The notes below the pieces were generated by a model. The model ran no database searches and had not been told where the DNA came from. It saw only the letters and a list, made by a program, of their open reading frames with translations. Both the position numbers and the translations under genes were made by a program. Shown here piece after piece: positions 41,175-52,447 of a stretch of DNA of 64,000 nucleotides; positions within the stretch are counted from its first letter, which is position 1, and every line of letters begins with the position of its first letter. The stretch comes from Trypanosoma brucei (taxonomy: Eukaryota): the NCBI GenBank assembly GCA_000002445.1, contig CM000207.1, positions 1,856,001-1,920,000 on the forward strand, written 5' to 3'.

Positions 41175-42203
41175 ATGTTAAATATTTGCCAAAACTTGTC
41201 TTCCGTTGCAAAACCGGATCTAATTGTCGTGAGTGGTCACAAATGCAACATTCAGCGAGGGCCTCAAACTTCTATTGGCACACCAACTATCACAAAAAGG
41301 GTTACAGCTTGGGAGGCGCTCATATACCTGGAGATGTTGCTGGCAGAAGATGAGGCATTTGCGATTTTGGCAACGTTTGTTCCACCGCTCGTAGCGCTGT
41401 TGCCTCCAGAGAATTTTGCTTCGGATAATTGGGTTTATGTCCATGATCCGGCGTCGCGACCTTTACTAAAGTCAATTTTCGCGCAACTAAAACAGATGAG
41501 CGCTGACACACATGGATACAATGAAGTAATGGACACAACTCGTTGGGAAATAATTTTAGTTGATGTAACCGCGACATTTCATAAACCTTGTGTGCTTGAT
41601 ATCAAACTTGGATATGTGCGGCATTCACCGCACACATTACCCGACAAGGTGGAGCGCATACATAAGAGGCAGCTTCGACGAAGCCAACCCATACGATTTT
41701 GCGGTGCACATCACCAATTTTGTCGCCAAAATAACGACATCGGGGAGTGCTTTGAATTAGAAGAGTTCACAAAAGACATGGGTTATGCACTGGAAACAGA
41801 AGAGAGCCACCGCCGTGCACTTCGCTCCTTTTTTACCACAGCATCCCTAATGACCACATCGAATACCAATGAGACGACCATAATTGACGATCGGCATGCA
41901 ATGGCGCGCTCGCGGTGCTGCCGTCAGCGCGTTCAAAAGTTAGTTGATTTCTTAAAGGGTCATTTGGGTCAAATGCTATTGGAGAGAATAGCATTTGTGT
42001 CCGCGTCGTTATTGATTGTGTACGATGCGACGGGGTGTTGCGGCAGAAATGTTACCGTAAGTGAAGGGATCAATAGTATGAATGATATGGTGAACGTTTA
42101 TTTGATTGACTTCTCTCGCTCAGGCGACAGGCGGTTACACTTTCCTGAGGAAGTGGTTGGGTTTGTTCAAGGTTTGGAAAAAATTATTTTTCTTCTTTCA
42201 TGA
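41175..42203 (+). CDS. IPMK: Inositol polyphosphate kinase family enzyme (inositol polyphosphate multikinase-like)
   Basis: Carries the IPK signature PCVLDIKLG (P-x-x-x-D-x-K-x-G), the SSLL-type motif in SASLLIVYD, and IDFS (the IDF-A/S catalytic motif) near the C-terminus. Length is 342 aa. Confidence 0.8.
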   Translation: MLNICQNLSSVAKPDLIVVSGHKCNIQRGPQTSIGTPTITKRVTAWEALIYLEMLLAEDEAFAILATFVPPLVALLPPENFASDNWVYVHDPASRPLLKSIFAQLKQMSADTHGYNEVMDTTRWEIILVDVTATFHKPCVLDIKLGYVRHSPHTLPDKVERIHKRQLRRSQPIRFCGAHHQFCRQNNDIGECFELEEFTKDMGYALETEESHRRALRSFFTTASLMTTSNTNETTIIDDRHAMARSRCCRQRVQKLVDFLKGHLGQMLLERIAFVSASLLIVYDATGCCGRNVTVSEGINSMNDMVNVYLIDFSRSGDRRLHFPEEVVGFVQGLEKIIFLLS

Positions 42204-43138
42204 TGAGAACCGGCGATCTTCGGTATTTCGCTTGTTTTAAATTTGGTAGTATGACATGGTGTTTTATATTTATTCGATCTCACTCTCTTTTTACCCCTTT
42301 CCTCTCGTTGAAATAGATATATATGTATATGTTATAGTGCACATCTATCTTCTTTTTCAGTCCACTGATTTCTCCCCTTTGTTTCTATTATTCTCTACTT
42401 TTCCTTTCCACACTTTCGCTCTCGCGCCACCACTGTGATGATGACCTCAGGGTGCGCAGATGGTTCCCCACCCGCGAGCCGATTAATGTAGCACAGAAAT
42501 TATACGTTGTTAACTTTTTATCGCATAACACTCTTCAAATTCATACATTTGCACGTTTGCGCTGATGCTTCCGAGTTATATTGCTAGTTGGGAGCTTTTT
42601 TTTTGATGCTGCTGCTTGAAATTTTCTGTGGTGGTAAAAGTTAACTTCTTGTATCATCGTACTGCGTAGAGGCATTCATTTGCATGTATGTATGTTCCTG
42701 CATACCACATTGATGAGGAGCCGCAGAACTGTTGTTGGAGGTCTGTCGACTTGGGATTACACCGGGTGTGGAGCGTCAGAAGAGCATGATATTATGGATG
42801 GAATATGGTTTCTCGTGTTTTATGTGTTTGGTAGCTTGAAAGTTCTTTCGTCTTTTCGATATTTATGATTTGCGACGAGAATCGTGTTTTTGACGCCAGT
42901 TATTTTTCGTGTTCAGTAGTTGAGTCCCTCGACCCTTGGTCTCTCGCACGTTTAACACTTAAACTTCCAATCACCCCTACTCGAATTTAAGGATAAAATA
43001 GTATTTCAACTGTTGTTTCTTCTTTGTGTGGATAATTCAAGTACACCTTATCTGTTTCTTTCCCCCATCTAATCTATATATTTTGTCTTAGGTATCGCCT
43101 CATAGATTCCTTTATCTTAAAGAAAAGAAGATCTTTAG

Positions 43139-43606
43139 ATGTCGAGTGGAAGCCATCGTTCCCCCTCGGCCATGCGGCCCTCCACTCGAATAAGTTCAAT
43201 TGGTGCCACGAGCAACCGCTCCTCCACTCATAACACAGAAACGGAGCTGGACCCGTTTGTGGCTTCCCTGTCACGCGTGACGGTGTACACAGACATTCCC
43301 GACAAAACATTGCAACGCATTATGAGCATTACAGTGGACGCATACAACCGATTTGTGCTCGTTCCCACTCGCAACACATGGCGGAAGGAGGAGGGATCGC
43401 GGAAGGAGCTCGAACGCGAGGTGGAGCGTACCGCATTGAGGGATATCGCACAGGCAGTGAAAGTAAATGTAGAAGCTGCCCTTGGAGGGACTTGGCACGT
43501 TATTTATGGGCGGTCATTTGCCACATATGTCACACACCAGCAGCGTTGCTTCTGCCACTTCCAGTTAGACGGAGCGAATGTTGTGGTGTGGCGCCATGGC
43601 GGTTAG
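43139..43606 (+). CDS. LC8-type dynein light chain with an N-terminal Ser/Thr-rich extension of about 65 aa
   Basis: The C-terminus GGTWHVIYGRSFATYVTHQQRCFCHFQLDGANVVVWRHGG aligns with the LC8 motif [37 protein letters not shown]. The preceding ITVDAYNRF..EREVERTALRDIAQAVK..N matches the LC8 helical part. Confidence 0.75.
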   Translation: MSSGSHRSPSAMRPSTRISSIGATSNRSSTHNTETELDPFVASLSRVTVYTDIPDKTLQRIMSITVDAYNRFVLVPTRNTWRKEEGSRKELEREVERTALRDIAQAVKVNVEAALGGTWHVIYGRSFATYVTHQQRCFCHFQLDGANVVVWRHGG

Positions 43607-44339
43607 AATGGAAGGGACAGCAGTTAAAGTACGGTTGCTGGCGAGCGCACGTTTGTCCGTACGTATGCACGGTTTGTGTCCTTTAGGTCGCTGAAAATCG
43701 CTTGTGATACTCAGAGCGATAGGTCTTCTAATCGAAGTTTGTTTGTGGCAGGCACTTCGTTACTTTTTCCCACTTTTTTTTAAAAAAATTGTTCTTGAAG
43801 GCGCTGACACGTGGTTGTGCCCTTCAGTTTTTCTTTCGACGGATCATCGTTGAGATAAATGCAATAACAAGGGATCATTTGAGAAGAAATGAGATAGAAA
43901 GAGTGTGTGTATGTGTGTGCGATGGTAGAGAGAATAGGGGAAGGTGAAAGCTTTTAAACCTGATTGGTGCTTTCTTTCTTTCTTTCCTATCCCTTAATCC
44001 TCTTGGTGCGGTTGATGTATGTACGAAGGGTTGGGGATGTTGACCCCTCGAGAAACGTGTTCACACTGTGTGTAAAGAAAATATGTGATAACTTAGAGAT
44101 ATCTATGCTGCGTAGTTTTATTTTTCCGTGGTTTTGCCGTTCTCTTTCACAACCGCGTTCTGTAAAGCTCGCTTTCCTTTCGTTCTACACCTTGCCTCTC
44201 TTGGATTTGACACAATTTATAATTAAAGCAATAGTTCTGATTAGAAAGCGTTCGGAGAAACGCAGTGAGCAGGCGGAGCCTGTCTTCACCCGTCTCACGA
44301 ATTTTAGTTTTTGCTTTTTTTTCTTTGGCTTATCTGACA

Positions 44340-47300
44340 ATGCAAGACATGCGTATGTTTAATGTATGTGCTCTGCTCAGCCACAATGACAGCAGTGCCG
44401 ATATCATTCGAGGGGGGTTTGGAGGTTTTCCGAATGGAATGTGTTTAGAAGATTTTCGTACTTTTGTACTTCAGAACGTATTATCGAAGCCGGAGGGTGA
44501 AGAGGGTACCGAAACGCGTCGTTGTACAACATCTAAAACAACCATTATGAATTTACTTACGGATGTGGATGCAGAAACACTGAGAATGAGAAGTGGTGGT
44601 GCCAGCGGTCTTCAACCGCGGTTTTCAAAGCAACCCTTGTTCTCTTTTTCACGAAGGAAATCTGGCAAACCGCGCAGCTTTGGTTCGGTTCTCATGGAGG
44701 CGGATGAAAATGATAAACTTTGTCATTTGGACTACCTTTTTAGCCTTGTAGATTCCGATCGTGATGGATTTATCACATGGGATGATATGTTACAGCGTGC
44801 TGTAGAGGAGGCGACACAAGACATTACATCGGCACTTCAGAGTATGCACTCCTACTCCTTCTTCCGTTCCTCCACAAGATCGAGGGCCATAAAGTCGATT
44901 CACGGACTTCCGCAGCATAAATCCCTTTTTGCTGTCGTCACAGGTTCTCATCCTCTAACTCTTATGAAGAGGTCAGACTTCAGTATAGCCAAGCAGTTCA
45001 CACCGAGGGAAGTTGGAGGTGCAGCACCGACCTCAGTGGAGTACCTTCCGGGACCTGATATTTTACTAAGTTATTCTAGGGACGACGCGACAATTCGTGG
45101 TTGGTGGAACTTTTTGTCCGTTAGCCGCATGGGTGTCATGAATCCCTTACATCTGGATGGGATTGTGCGAAGATTGAGATTAGGGAACAGTTCTCTTCCT
45201 TACTCTTTCTTCACAGCCGGGAGCAATGGCAACATTCAGCACTGGAAGGTACCCAAACAACGATACGTGTGTGATATGGTTAGCGAGCACGTATACAAGG
45301 GCATTCACTCGTGTGAAAGCGGTGGCATTATTGACTTTGTAATGACTGATGAATGGTTCTTCTCCGTGGGGTTTGATCATCGCGTGGTCTCGACGAATGT
45401 AGAAACAGGTCGTTCCGTTGTTATGGGTCAGATGACGGAGACCATTCGGTTTGTAGAGTATAATAAACCTTTTAATTGTTTTCCGTGTGTCACATATGGA
45501 AACGAACTCTTACTGTGGGATGTTCGTTCCTCGTCCGAGTCTCGTAGTACACCACTTGTCGACGACTCATTTAAGGTTCACAGAGGGAGTGTAATTGGTT
45601 TAACCAATGCACCGGGACTGCCGCAGGTGATCACAGCAGACAACACAGGGAGAATAAAAATATGGGATCTTCGGCTTCTTCGTTGCGTGCAGACGCTGTT
45701 TGCTGACGGGTCTTCCGAGAGTGACTTTAGTTTGGACATGGTGGGCAAAGAGTTAAACGGGTCAAAAAATGGTACTTCCCACAACTCTAAGAACTTCAAA
45801 ACTGGAAAAAGTCGATGTATTTCCTCCTTTTGTTACTTTGCCAACACACATGAAATTGTGTCTAGCTCGGCTGACGCATTAGTTTCGCTGCGATATGATC
45901 GCCGTAGCGACTGTACTATTGCCGATGCCGACGTCTTATATTACGCATGCTTTGATGAGCAGCATGAACTAATTGTATTACAGGGTCCTACCCGTACAAG
46001 TGTGTGGGACGCTAAAGGCGGTTACCGGCGCTCGCTTTTTGATCGAGTCACCCAATCGGATATTCCTATTGGCAGGTATGAAGTTGTTGCCATGTGCGTC
46101 GACCCGATACGAAATCGTATATTTTATGCCTTAGCTGAAGGTGTCATTGAGGTTCGTTCATCAAAGGATTATGTACTGATCGACACCTACTCGATGCACA
46201 ATTCAGAAATAAGGGAAATGTGTTTTAGTTACAAACACAACATGTTAGTTAGCATGGCTGAGAATGGGGTGATTTCTGTTCGCAACGAAAAGCGATCCGT
46301 GCCATGGACGATGAGTATTTCCGTCTCCAAAAGAAAGTTGCGATCCCTCATTTTGAGCGACGAACTTGGTTTTATTTGTTGTTGTGACGACCATTACATT
46401 TATTTTATCGATTACAGGCAAACGTCCCTCGTCCCTTTCCCCATAGAAGCGCCGTTCCCCGTACACGTGATGGCTATATTCGGTACATTACCAGTACTGG
46501 CACTCGGAAGTAAGGAGGGACAGATTGTTCTGTGGTCACTTCCACCCGCAGAAGTGAGTTACACAATGTTAGCTTCCATCAACTTGGAAGGTATTGCAAA
46601 GTCTCAGGGCCAAAAACCAATCGCACGGCCTAAAAAGGATAATGAGGACAGTTCATCACTTGGAAATGAAACTACATGGCTGCCACTTGGACTTGGTGAA
46701 ACCAAGGAATACAAATATCAAGAGGAATTATTACCATCCGTTGCCGCGGCATCCGTCAAGGCAAGTAGTGAGTCCTGCGACAGTTCCCTGTGCAGTTTAC
46801 TGCGTGAAATTTGCCGCAAAGAATCCAGTAGCTTGATTACAGCCATTGCATTTGATGACGTTTTGCACAACCTTTTCGTCGCAGATGGAAGCGGTAAAAT
46901 ATTTGTTTACTCTCTTTGTCCCTTGGTGCAGGACTATGGACTACTGCCTTGCTCATTTGAGAAGCGCACAAGGTACAGGCTTCGGGATGTGCCGAGAGAT
47001 TCAAGGCTATCGAATACTCCTCCACTAGCGCACACCATCACCGCCCATCACTCAGCCGCAAACTACATGACGTGGTTTCCTGGTCTGCGGGTCATTATAT
47101 CATGTGGAGGTGACTCCAATGTAAAACTTTTTGACGTGGACGGAAGGGAGGTTGGGCAATTGCTCATGACACGCCTTCCCCCGAGGCCCGCGTTTGACGC
47201 GGTGAATAATGATCGTGAAAGTAGACCAGAAACAGGTACCGTTGTGGTCAAGGAAGCTCCATATTGCCTTCCTGCTGATACGGGCACCACAAAGAAATGT

Positions 47301-48179
47301 GTAAGTTGTGCTCTGATGGAGGAACGAAGGCAGGAGGTTACCGCGTTTATCACGGAGGAGGATAACTCGGCGGCTCTCGGCGTCGGTCCACTCCCGTCCA
47401 TCAACAGGAAGCAACACAACAGATCGGCCTTGCGCAGTGCTCGCAAAGCACCTTGTGTAACCCTCGGGGCATTCATGAAAGCAGAAGAAGAGAAAATCCC
47501 GGAGGTCGTTGAAGGGGATGTAAAACCACAGCCGGTTCCCGCCGCGACTCCGGAAATCACTTGGTTAGCAGCACTAAAGAGGAAGAAATGGCACCATGCA
47601 GCGGAGAGGTCTCGTGGCACGTACATCCACAACAGTGATATGATGACTCGCCCTGCAAAAATAGTTGGATCTTTGCCCGACTCGAAGGTTGAGTCCGGTG
47701 AGGACCTGCCAAACAACTTGAGGCGTAACGCAAATCTCCTCGAAAACGTATTGAAGGGAATAGACCCGTCTGTTGTTGGATTAACTAGGACGAAAAAACC
47801 AGGTACAGCGGTGACACCGCCACCAGGAGGTAAAACTATATCAGAATCAGGGGATGTCGGATTGAAAAAACTTACTCTTGCTGGTATTCAACTGAGTCCA
47901 CGTCCTTTCAACAGTGCACTTTCGCCCGGAACAAAAACTCCGCGGTCCGGGTATCGAGGCAAAGTACAACCGATAAAAATGTCTGCTCGCGAGAAGTGGG
48001 AGTTTTGCACCGGTGAACCCTTCGACGCACAACACAACGTGGGAGAAGACGATGTAAGTAGGCAGTTAGATGAACTTGTTCACATGTATGAAAAGGAAAT
48101 GCATCGTTGCTTCCGCGGTGGGAAGAGACATGAGAAAATTAAAAAGAACAAAGCCTCATTCCTTCAAGACAGTTCATAG
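44340..48179 (+). CDS. Hypothetical protein of about 1279 aa with an N-terminal EF-hand and multiple WD40-like repeats
   Basis: The ORF runs from 44265, but the first 25 codons translate a polypyrimidine leader. The ATG at 44340 (MQDMRMF) follows the polypyrimidine-AG signal. The EF-hand loop is LVDSDRDGFITWDDML. WD-like repeats end in IKIWDLR and VKLFDVD. The C-terminal 350 aa are low-complexity and basic. Confidence 0.75.
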   Translation: MQDMRMFNVCALLSHNDSSADIIRGGFGGFPNGMCLEDFRTFVLQNVLSKPEGEEGTETRRCTTSKTTIMNLLTDVDAETLRMRSGGASGLQPRFSKQPLFSFSRRKSGKPRSFGSVLMEADENDKLCHLDYLFSLVDSDRDGFITWDDMLQRAVEEATQDITSALQSMHSYSFFRSSTRSRAIKSIHGLPQHKSLFAVVTGSHPLTLMKRSDFSIAKQFTPREVGGAAPTSVEYLPGPDILLSYSRDDATIRGWWNFLSVSRMGVMNPLHLDGIVRRLRLGNSSLPYSFFTAGSNGNIQHWKVPKQRYVCDMVSEHVYKGIHSCESGGIIDFVMTDEWFFSVGFDHRVVSTNVETGRSVVMGQMTETIRFVEYNKPFNCFPCVTYGNELLLWDVRSSSESRSTPLVDDSFKVHRGSVIGLTNAPGLPQVITADNTGRIKIWDLRLLRCVQTLFADGSSESDFSLDMVGKELNGSKNGTSHNSKNFKTGKSRCISSFCYFANTHEIVSSSADALVSLRYDRRSDCTIADADVLYYACFDEQHELIVLQGPTRTSVWDAKGGYRRSLFDRVTQSDIPIGRYEVVAMCVDPIRNRIFYALAEGVIEVRSSKDYVLIDTYSMHNSEIREMCFSYKHNMLVSMAENGVISVRNEKRSVPWTMSISVSKRKLRSLILSDELGFICCCDDHYIYFIDYRQTSLVPFPIEAPFPVHVMAIFGTLPVLALGSKEGQIVLWSLPPAEVSYTMLASINLEGIAKSQGQKPIARPKKDNEDSSSLGNETTWLPLGLGETKEYKYQEELLPSVAAASVKASSESCDSSLCSLLREICRKESSSLITAIAFDDVLHNLFVADGSGKIFVYSLCPLVQDYGLLPCSFEKRTRYRLRDVPRDSRLSNTPPLAHTITAHHSAANYMTWFPGLRVIISCGGDSNVKLFDVDGREVGQLLMTRLPPRPAFDAVNNDRESRPETGTVVVKEAPYCLPADTGTTKKCVSCALMEERRQEVTAFITEEDNSAALGVGPLPSINRKQHNRSALRSARKAPCVTLGAFMKAEEEKIPEVVEGDVKPQPVPAATPEITWLAALKRKKWHHAAERSRGTYIHNSDMMTRPAKIVGSLPDSKVESGEDLPNNLRRNANLLENVLKGIDPSVVGLTRTKKPGTAVTPPPGGKTISESGDVGLKKLTLAGIQLSPRPFNSALSPGTKTPRSGYRGKVQPIKMSAREKWEFCTGEPFDAQHNVGEDDVSRQLDELVHMYEKEMHRCFRGGKRHEKIKKNKASFLQDSS

Positions 48180-49396
48180 GTGTAGAGGTTTGACATAATA
48201 TATTGGATATTAAAAAAAAGAAATTCACCGGTCCCTTGCCTTTGGATTGTGAATTGCGGATCGTTTCACTTTTCATTTTTCACTGTCATACTCACTTTCA
48301 CTTTTATTTTGTTTACATTGCTGACATCATACATTATCCAACAACTGTCTTTGGCTGAACGACCTATGGTTTCATTCTTTTAGTTGTTTGTAGCGTTGTC
48401 ATTAGAGCTCTGAGGACGTAGGCAAATATGCACTAAAAGGGTGTTTTGTTTTTTCTTTCCATAAAACAAAGAGAGAGCGGAGAAAAGGGAGAAAGAAACA
48501 GCGAAAATGTTCCGTCAAAAATTAAAAAAAATATATGGTTTCTCTTTTTTTGTTTCATCTTCCAAACACGGCCCCATGTTTTTCTTGTTGGTTGTCTACG
48601 TGCCTCTTTCCACATCTCAATGCTTGTTTTGATGTCATTTTACTAATATTGTTGTTGTTATTGTTGTGTGCGTATTACAACGATCCGTGTGTGTATATGT
48701 GTTTTGTTTGGTTATGTATTTTCTATCCATATGCACTGCTTTCGCTTTTTTTTTTGTCGTGAACAGTTGTGTTGCCGCTGGCAGAAACACAACTTTACGG
48801 AGGAGAAAAAAGACAAGACAAAATTATGGAAGAAAAGGAAGGAGAAGATAAGGGGAGAAGAATGATGACAAGTGGTGGGCGTACTTCATTATGGTTTTGT
48901 TATGTACATACACAGAGATGTGGCTCTATATCGCAGTCCTCTCATTATTTCCAATTCTTCCCGTTGAATTATGAGGAAATAAGAGGAGAGAAGTATCTAT
49001 CATGTTATCGATGAGTTATGTGCTGAATTGTGTTGTTGTTTTTTTTTTGCAAGTCGGAAAAACCGTGAAGAACGGAGCGAATACGCAATAATAGGTTCCT
49101 CTGTTTGTACACTCCTATTTATAATTGTGATATTTGTAACAATGATAGTAATAGTTGTTATTGTTACAGCTATTGCTATTGTTATTGTTATTTTCTTTTT
49201 TTTAAAAAAAATATATTAATTTGTTTTCCACCCCCTCTCTATCAATGTGGTACCGCTGTGTTTAAAGTATCTGACGCACTTATTGATAAGAGAAGCAGAT
49301 GTCTGTGTATGCGCTCGTCGTGTCTGAACGAGTTTTTCTAAACGTTTGAAATTTATCTCTCTTTTTTTTTTAATTTTGGCATTCCCCATCCCTCAA

Positions 49397-49422
49397 CACA
49401 CACACACACACACGCACACACA
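49397..49422. repeat. Microsatellite (CA)8CG(CA)4
   Basis: acacacacacacacacacgcacacaca. Confidence 0.9.
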
Positions 49423-49573
49423 ATGTCATGTCAGCGTTAAGAGTGCCCGTAAAGGACCCAGGAAATTTTTTTCCTGGTGGATAGGCATACTCATTTCTGT
49501 ATGTGTGTGAGGTTGTGCTTAATTAAAGGAATTTAACACCTGGTATAAAACTGGAATTTACTAACGTTAAGAA

Positions 49574-51148
49574 ATGCAAGCCGCTTGTACCAGTAGAAGT
49601 GTTGCGGTACTTGGGAAACTGGCCTCCAAAGGCGTTGGTGTGCTTCTATTGTTGGCAATTTTTAGACGGTGGAGGAAGTCACAGCGTGCCGATTCCATAA
49701 AAAAACATTTTCAACAAGAGAATGAAGTGAAGGATACAGGGTGCATGACATCCGCTCTTTCTTACTTGCCGATTTATATTAACACTGACAAACTACCTGA
49801 AAATATGTTGGTTGGTGCTCCGCTATTTTATCCACCGCAGATGGCTGTTCTCCCTTTGTCGTGGACGGATGCGGTTGGTTTTGAGCGTAGCTGTTTTATA
49901 ACTTGTGAAGGACCTTTTCCGCACATGACGGCCAATGGGAAGGACCCGCATGATATGTCTTTTTTCTTCCTTCAGTACATGCAACGCGTACCTTTTATGC
50001 AGTCCACTGCAGAGAGAGGCCTACCAATAAAGCAGTTGCAGGATGTTGGGTTGTTGTGTTGCACTGACGCTTTCAGTCACATTGTAACTGACCCTGCTGA
50101 ACGGGTGGTGGTGATATTCGGTCGTAACGGCCCTTATTTTACGTCGCTCGTGATAACGCCGTGTACCATGCCAGAGAAAAATGTAGTGGGAAATATTCAG
50201 CTGGCCAATCAAATTTCTTTACAAGATCTGCAGAAACTTCTCGATGCTTGCTGCCCCACACCTCTCGTAGACGAAATCCGACTTGCTGGAACCTCTGCCG
50301 GTACGCTGCAGGGGAAGTTACACATCGCTTGCCGCTACGGTAACCGTGTGGTTCAGTTTACCGCTGCATCTGCTCTTACTGTCCGCAGTGCACGTGACAA
50401 TGAAGATTTCATTTTTTCCCTTGAAGGGGATGTATTGGCACAAAAGCGAATCGTATTTGATGCAGCAACTATAGACGCGTTGATTTCTGGTAAAACACTT
50501 GATGAATTATTTTCATGTCCTGGCCCCCAATGCATGCGAGTCTCTTCACTTGTTCAACTAATCCACATGGAGGATCTAACCGAAATATCACATAATCTCG
50601 GTAATGGCGCCAGTAATGGTGATGTGACTCGGGAGATTAATTTAAAGGTGTCGGGCTCCAGGTTGTTATTGAGCGCTGGTGAAGTTTCTGTCGTCTTCCA
50701 CCACGCACATTTAGGCGTTCATTTTCCTATAAACTCACATCACGGTGTCATTTGCGAACCGGTTTTAACAACCGATCTCTGCCTCATGTATTATCCTTTG
50801 GGTTCCACTGCTGCGTTGCCAAATGCAATGATGCGTCGTGTGAGGCAGTTACCACCCACATGGGAACGATCATTACACACAGATGATGCCCTCAGACACA
50901 ATGCACTGTTTCACTTTACGGATTGGATGAGAGGAAGTGTGCCATGCATTACCTGCGATCTGAGCGGCTTCCGATGCGCACAATTATATGAGGAAAAGGA
51001 CGGGATGAGCTGTCGGACATATGTAGTCCCACTAGCGGAAGAAATTATGGTGCTCCGATGGGAAACGTCAACATGCGATTGGGAACAGCACCTTCCGCAT
51101 CTGCAAAAATTTATCGACACACTCCACTTGGAGGTTCCAACAGCATGA
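49574..51148 (+). CDS. Hypothetical 524-aa protein with an N-terminus resembling a mitochondrial presequence or signal
   Basis: A long ORF with balanced composition. The N-terminus MQAACTSRSVAVLGKLASKGVGVLLLLAIFRRWRK is amphipathic, basic and hydrophobic. No recognisable catalytic motif. Coding is supported by its length and by lacking the low complexity seen in the nearby UTR-derived ORFs. Confidence 0.65.
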   Translation: MQAACTSRSVAVLGKLASKGVGVLLLLAIFRRWRKSQRADSIKKHFQQENEVKDTGCMTSALSYLPIYINTDKLPENMLVGAPLFYPPQMAVLPLSWTDAVGFERSCFITCEGPFPHMTANGKDPHDMSFFFLQYMQRVPFMQSTAERGLPIKQLQDVGLLCCTDAFSHIVTDPAERVVVIFGRNGPYFTSLVITPCTMPEKNVVGNIQLANQISLQDLQKLLDACCPTPLVDEIRLAGTSAGTLQGKLHIACRYGNRVVQFTAASALTVRSARDNEDFIFSLEGDVLAQKRIVFDAATIDALISGKTLDELFSCPGPQCMRVSSLVQLIHMEDLTEISHNLGNGASNGDVTREINLKVSGSRLLLSAGEVSVVFHHAHLGVHFPINSHHGVICEPVLTTDLCLMYYPLGSTAALPNAMMRRVRQLPPTWERSLHTDDALRHNALFHFTDWMRGSVPCITCDLSGFRCAQLYEEKDGMSCRTYVVPLAEEIMVLRWETSTCDWEQHLPHLQKFIDTLHLEVPTA

Positions 51149-52447
51149 AAACTATGGACAGGGAAAAAGTGCTGGACGAGTAGAGGAAATGTAATGCAAC
51201 GAAATCTTTTTTTTTCCTCCTCTTTTGGGTGCTGGTGGCGTTCGAGAGGCTGCGTGAGATTTGCTTGCTTGCTTGCTTGCTTTGTTGTTTTTTTTTACCT
51301 TATTATTATTATTTTTTTTTTTACAAAAATTTTCATCTTATTTATCTACTTACCTTGATTACTTTTCTGCGCACAATTTTTTTTTATGGGGGGGAGGGGA
51401 TTGGGTGGTACAGAGAGGATATATATATTTTATGGAGTAATTAAGTAAAGTGAGGGAGTGCAGCGACATGAAAATCAACGTGAAAAAGGGGGATGCTAAC
51501 TTCATAAGAATGGTAGCAACAAAAGAAATTAAAACGAAGCGAAGAAGGAAGTGATGTAATGATAATTTGAACCATCAAATGGCTTAGCATCAACAAAGAA
51601 AAAAAAAGGACAGTAACTTGAAGAAACTTAGAAGAATATGTGATCAAAAGGGGAGAAGATGGAGTTGTGATCTGTGTGCAACAGACATATGTTGTAAAAT
51701 AAAAAATGTTAAATAGTGATTTATTACTTACATGAACGGGAATACATAATAAGAGGGGAAAAAGTGAGTGTGTGAAGAAGGTGTGACGGTAATAGGTGTT
51801 AAGGAGAACTGAAAGGCTTTAAACAAAGGAACCCCCGACTGGAATTTGAAAAAAAAAAAGTCAATCAAACAGTGAGGAATAAAAATGATGTACAAAAAAG
51901 CTTAATGGGAATTTACTTGACTTGTTGCTTATAAAGAGGAAGCGCAATCGATATGTAACCCCTCCGCACCTCATTGCGAATGTGGGATCAAATGATGGAA
52001 CGACCATTGTTTGCCATTCAATTTTTTTTGTCTTACCCACTTTTTTTTTCGTATGCATTTTCCATTTTATCGCTCCATTTTTAAATGTTATATGTTAATT
52101 ATAATCTTATATTTTACAATTTTTACTTCAATCGCGCGGTAGTGGCTCTGCGTCTGACATAACTGTTGGTGTTATGAAACACAACAAACGAAGTTAGGAG
52201 AAGCCGAAAAAGTGTGTGTGTGTGCTTTCCGATTTCACAAAAAAAAATTAATGGGCAATTTGTTTAGTGAGTATTGCTCCATGCTTAATTACCTTTCTTC
52301 GATTTATTTATTCTTTTTTTTTTTATACCCCACCCCCTAAAAAACAAAATACAACAATTAATAATAATAAAATGTAGCTACTATTCAGCAAAGAAGAAGA
52401 AGGTAGGGAAGGGTCGCAAGAGGGGTTTGCTTTGAAATATTTATTTT

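Noticed and set aside
47063-47716. A 217-aa minus-strand ORF inside the EF-hand/WD40 gene, and similar antisense ORFs at 58398..59207 and 61515..62517
   Set aside because: All are antisense to well-supported + strand genes (the J protein and glycerol kinase) and show no motifs, which is the typical shadow-ORF pattern.
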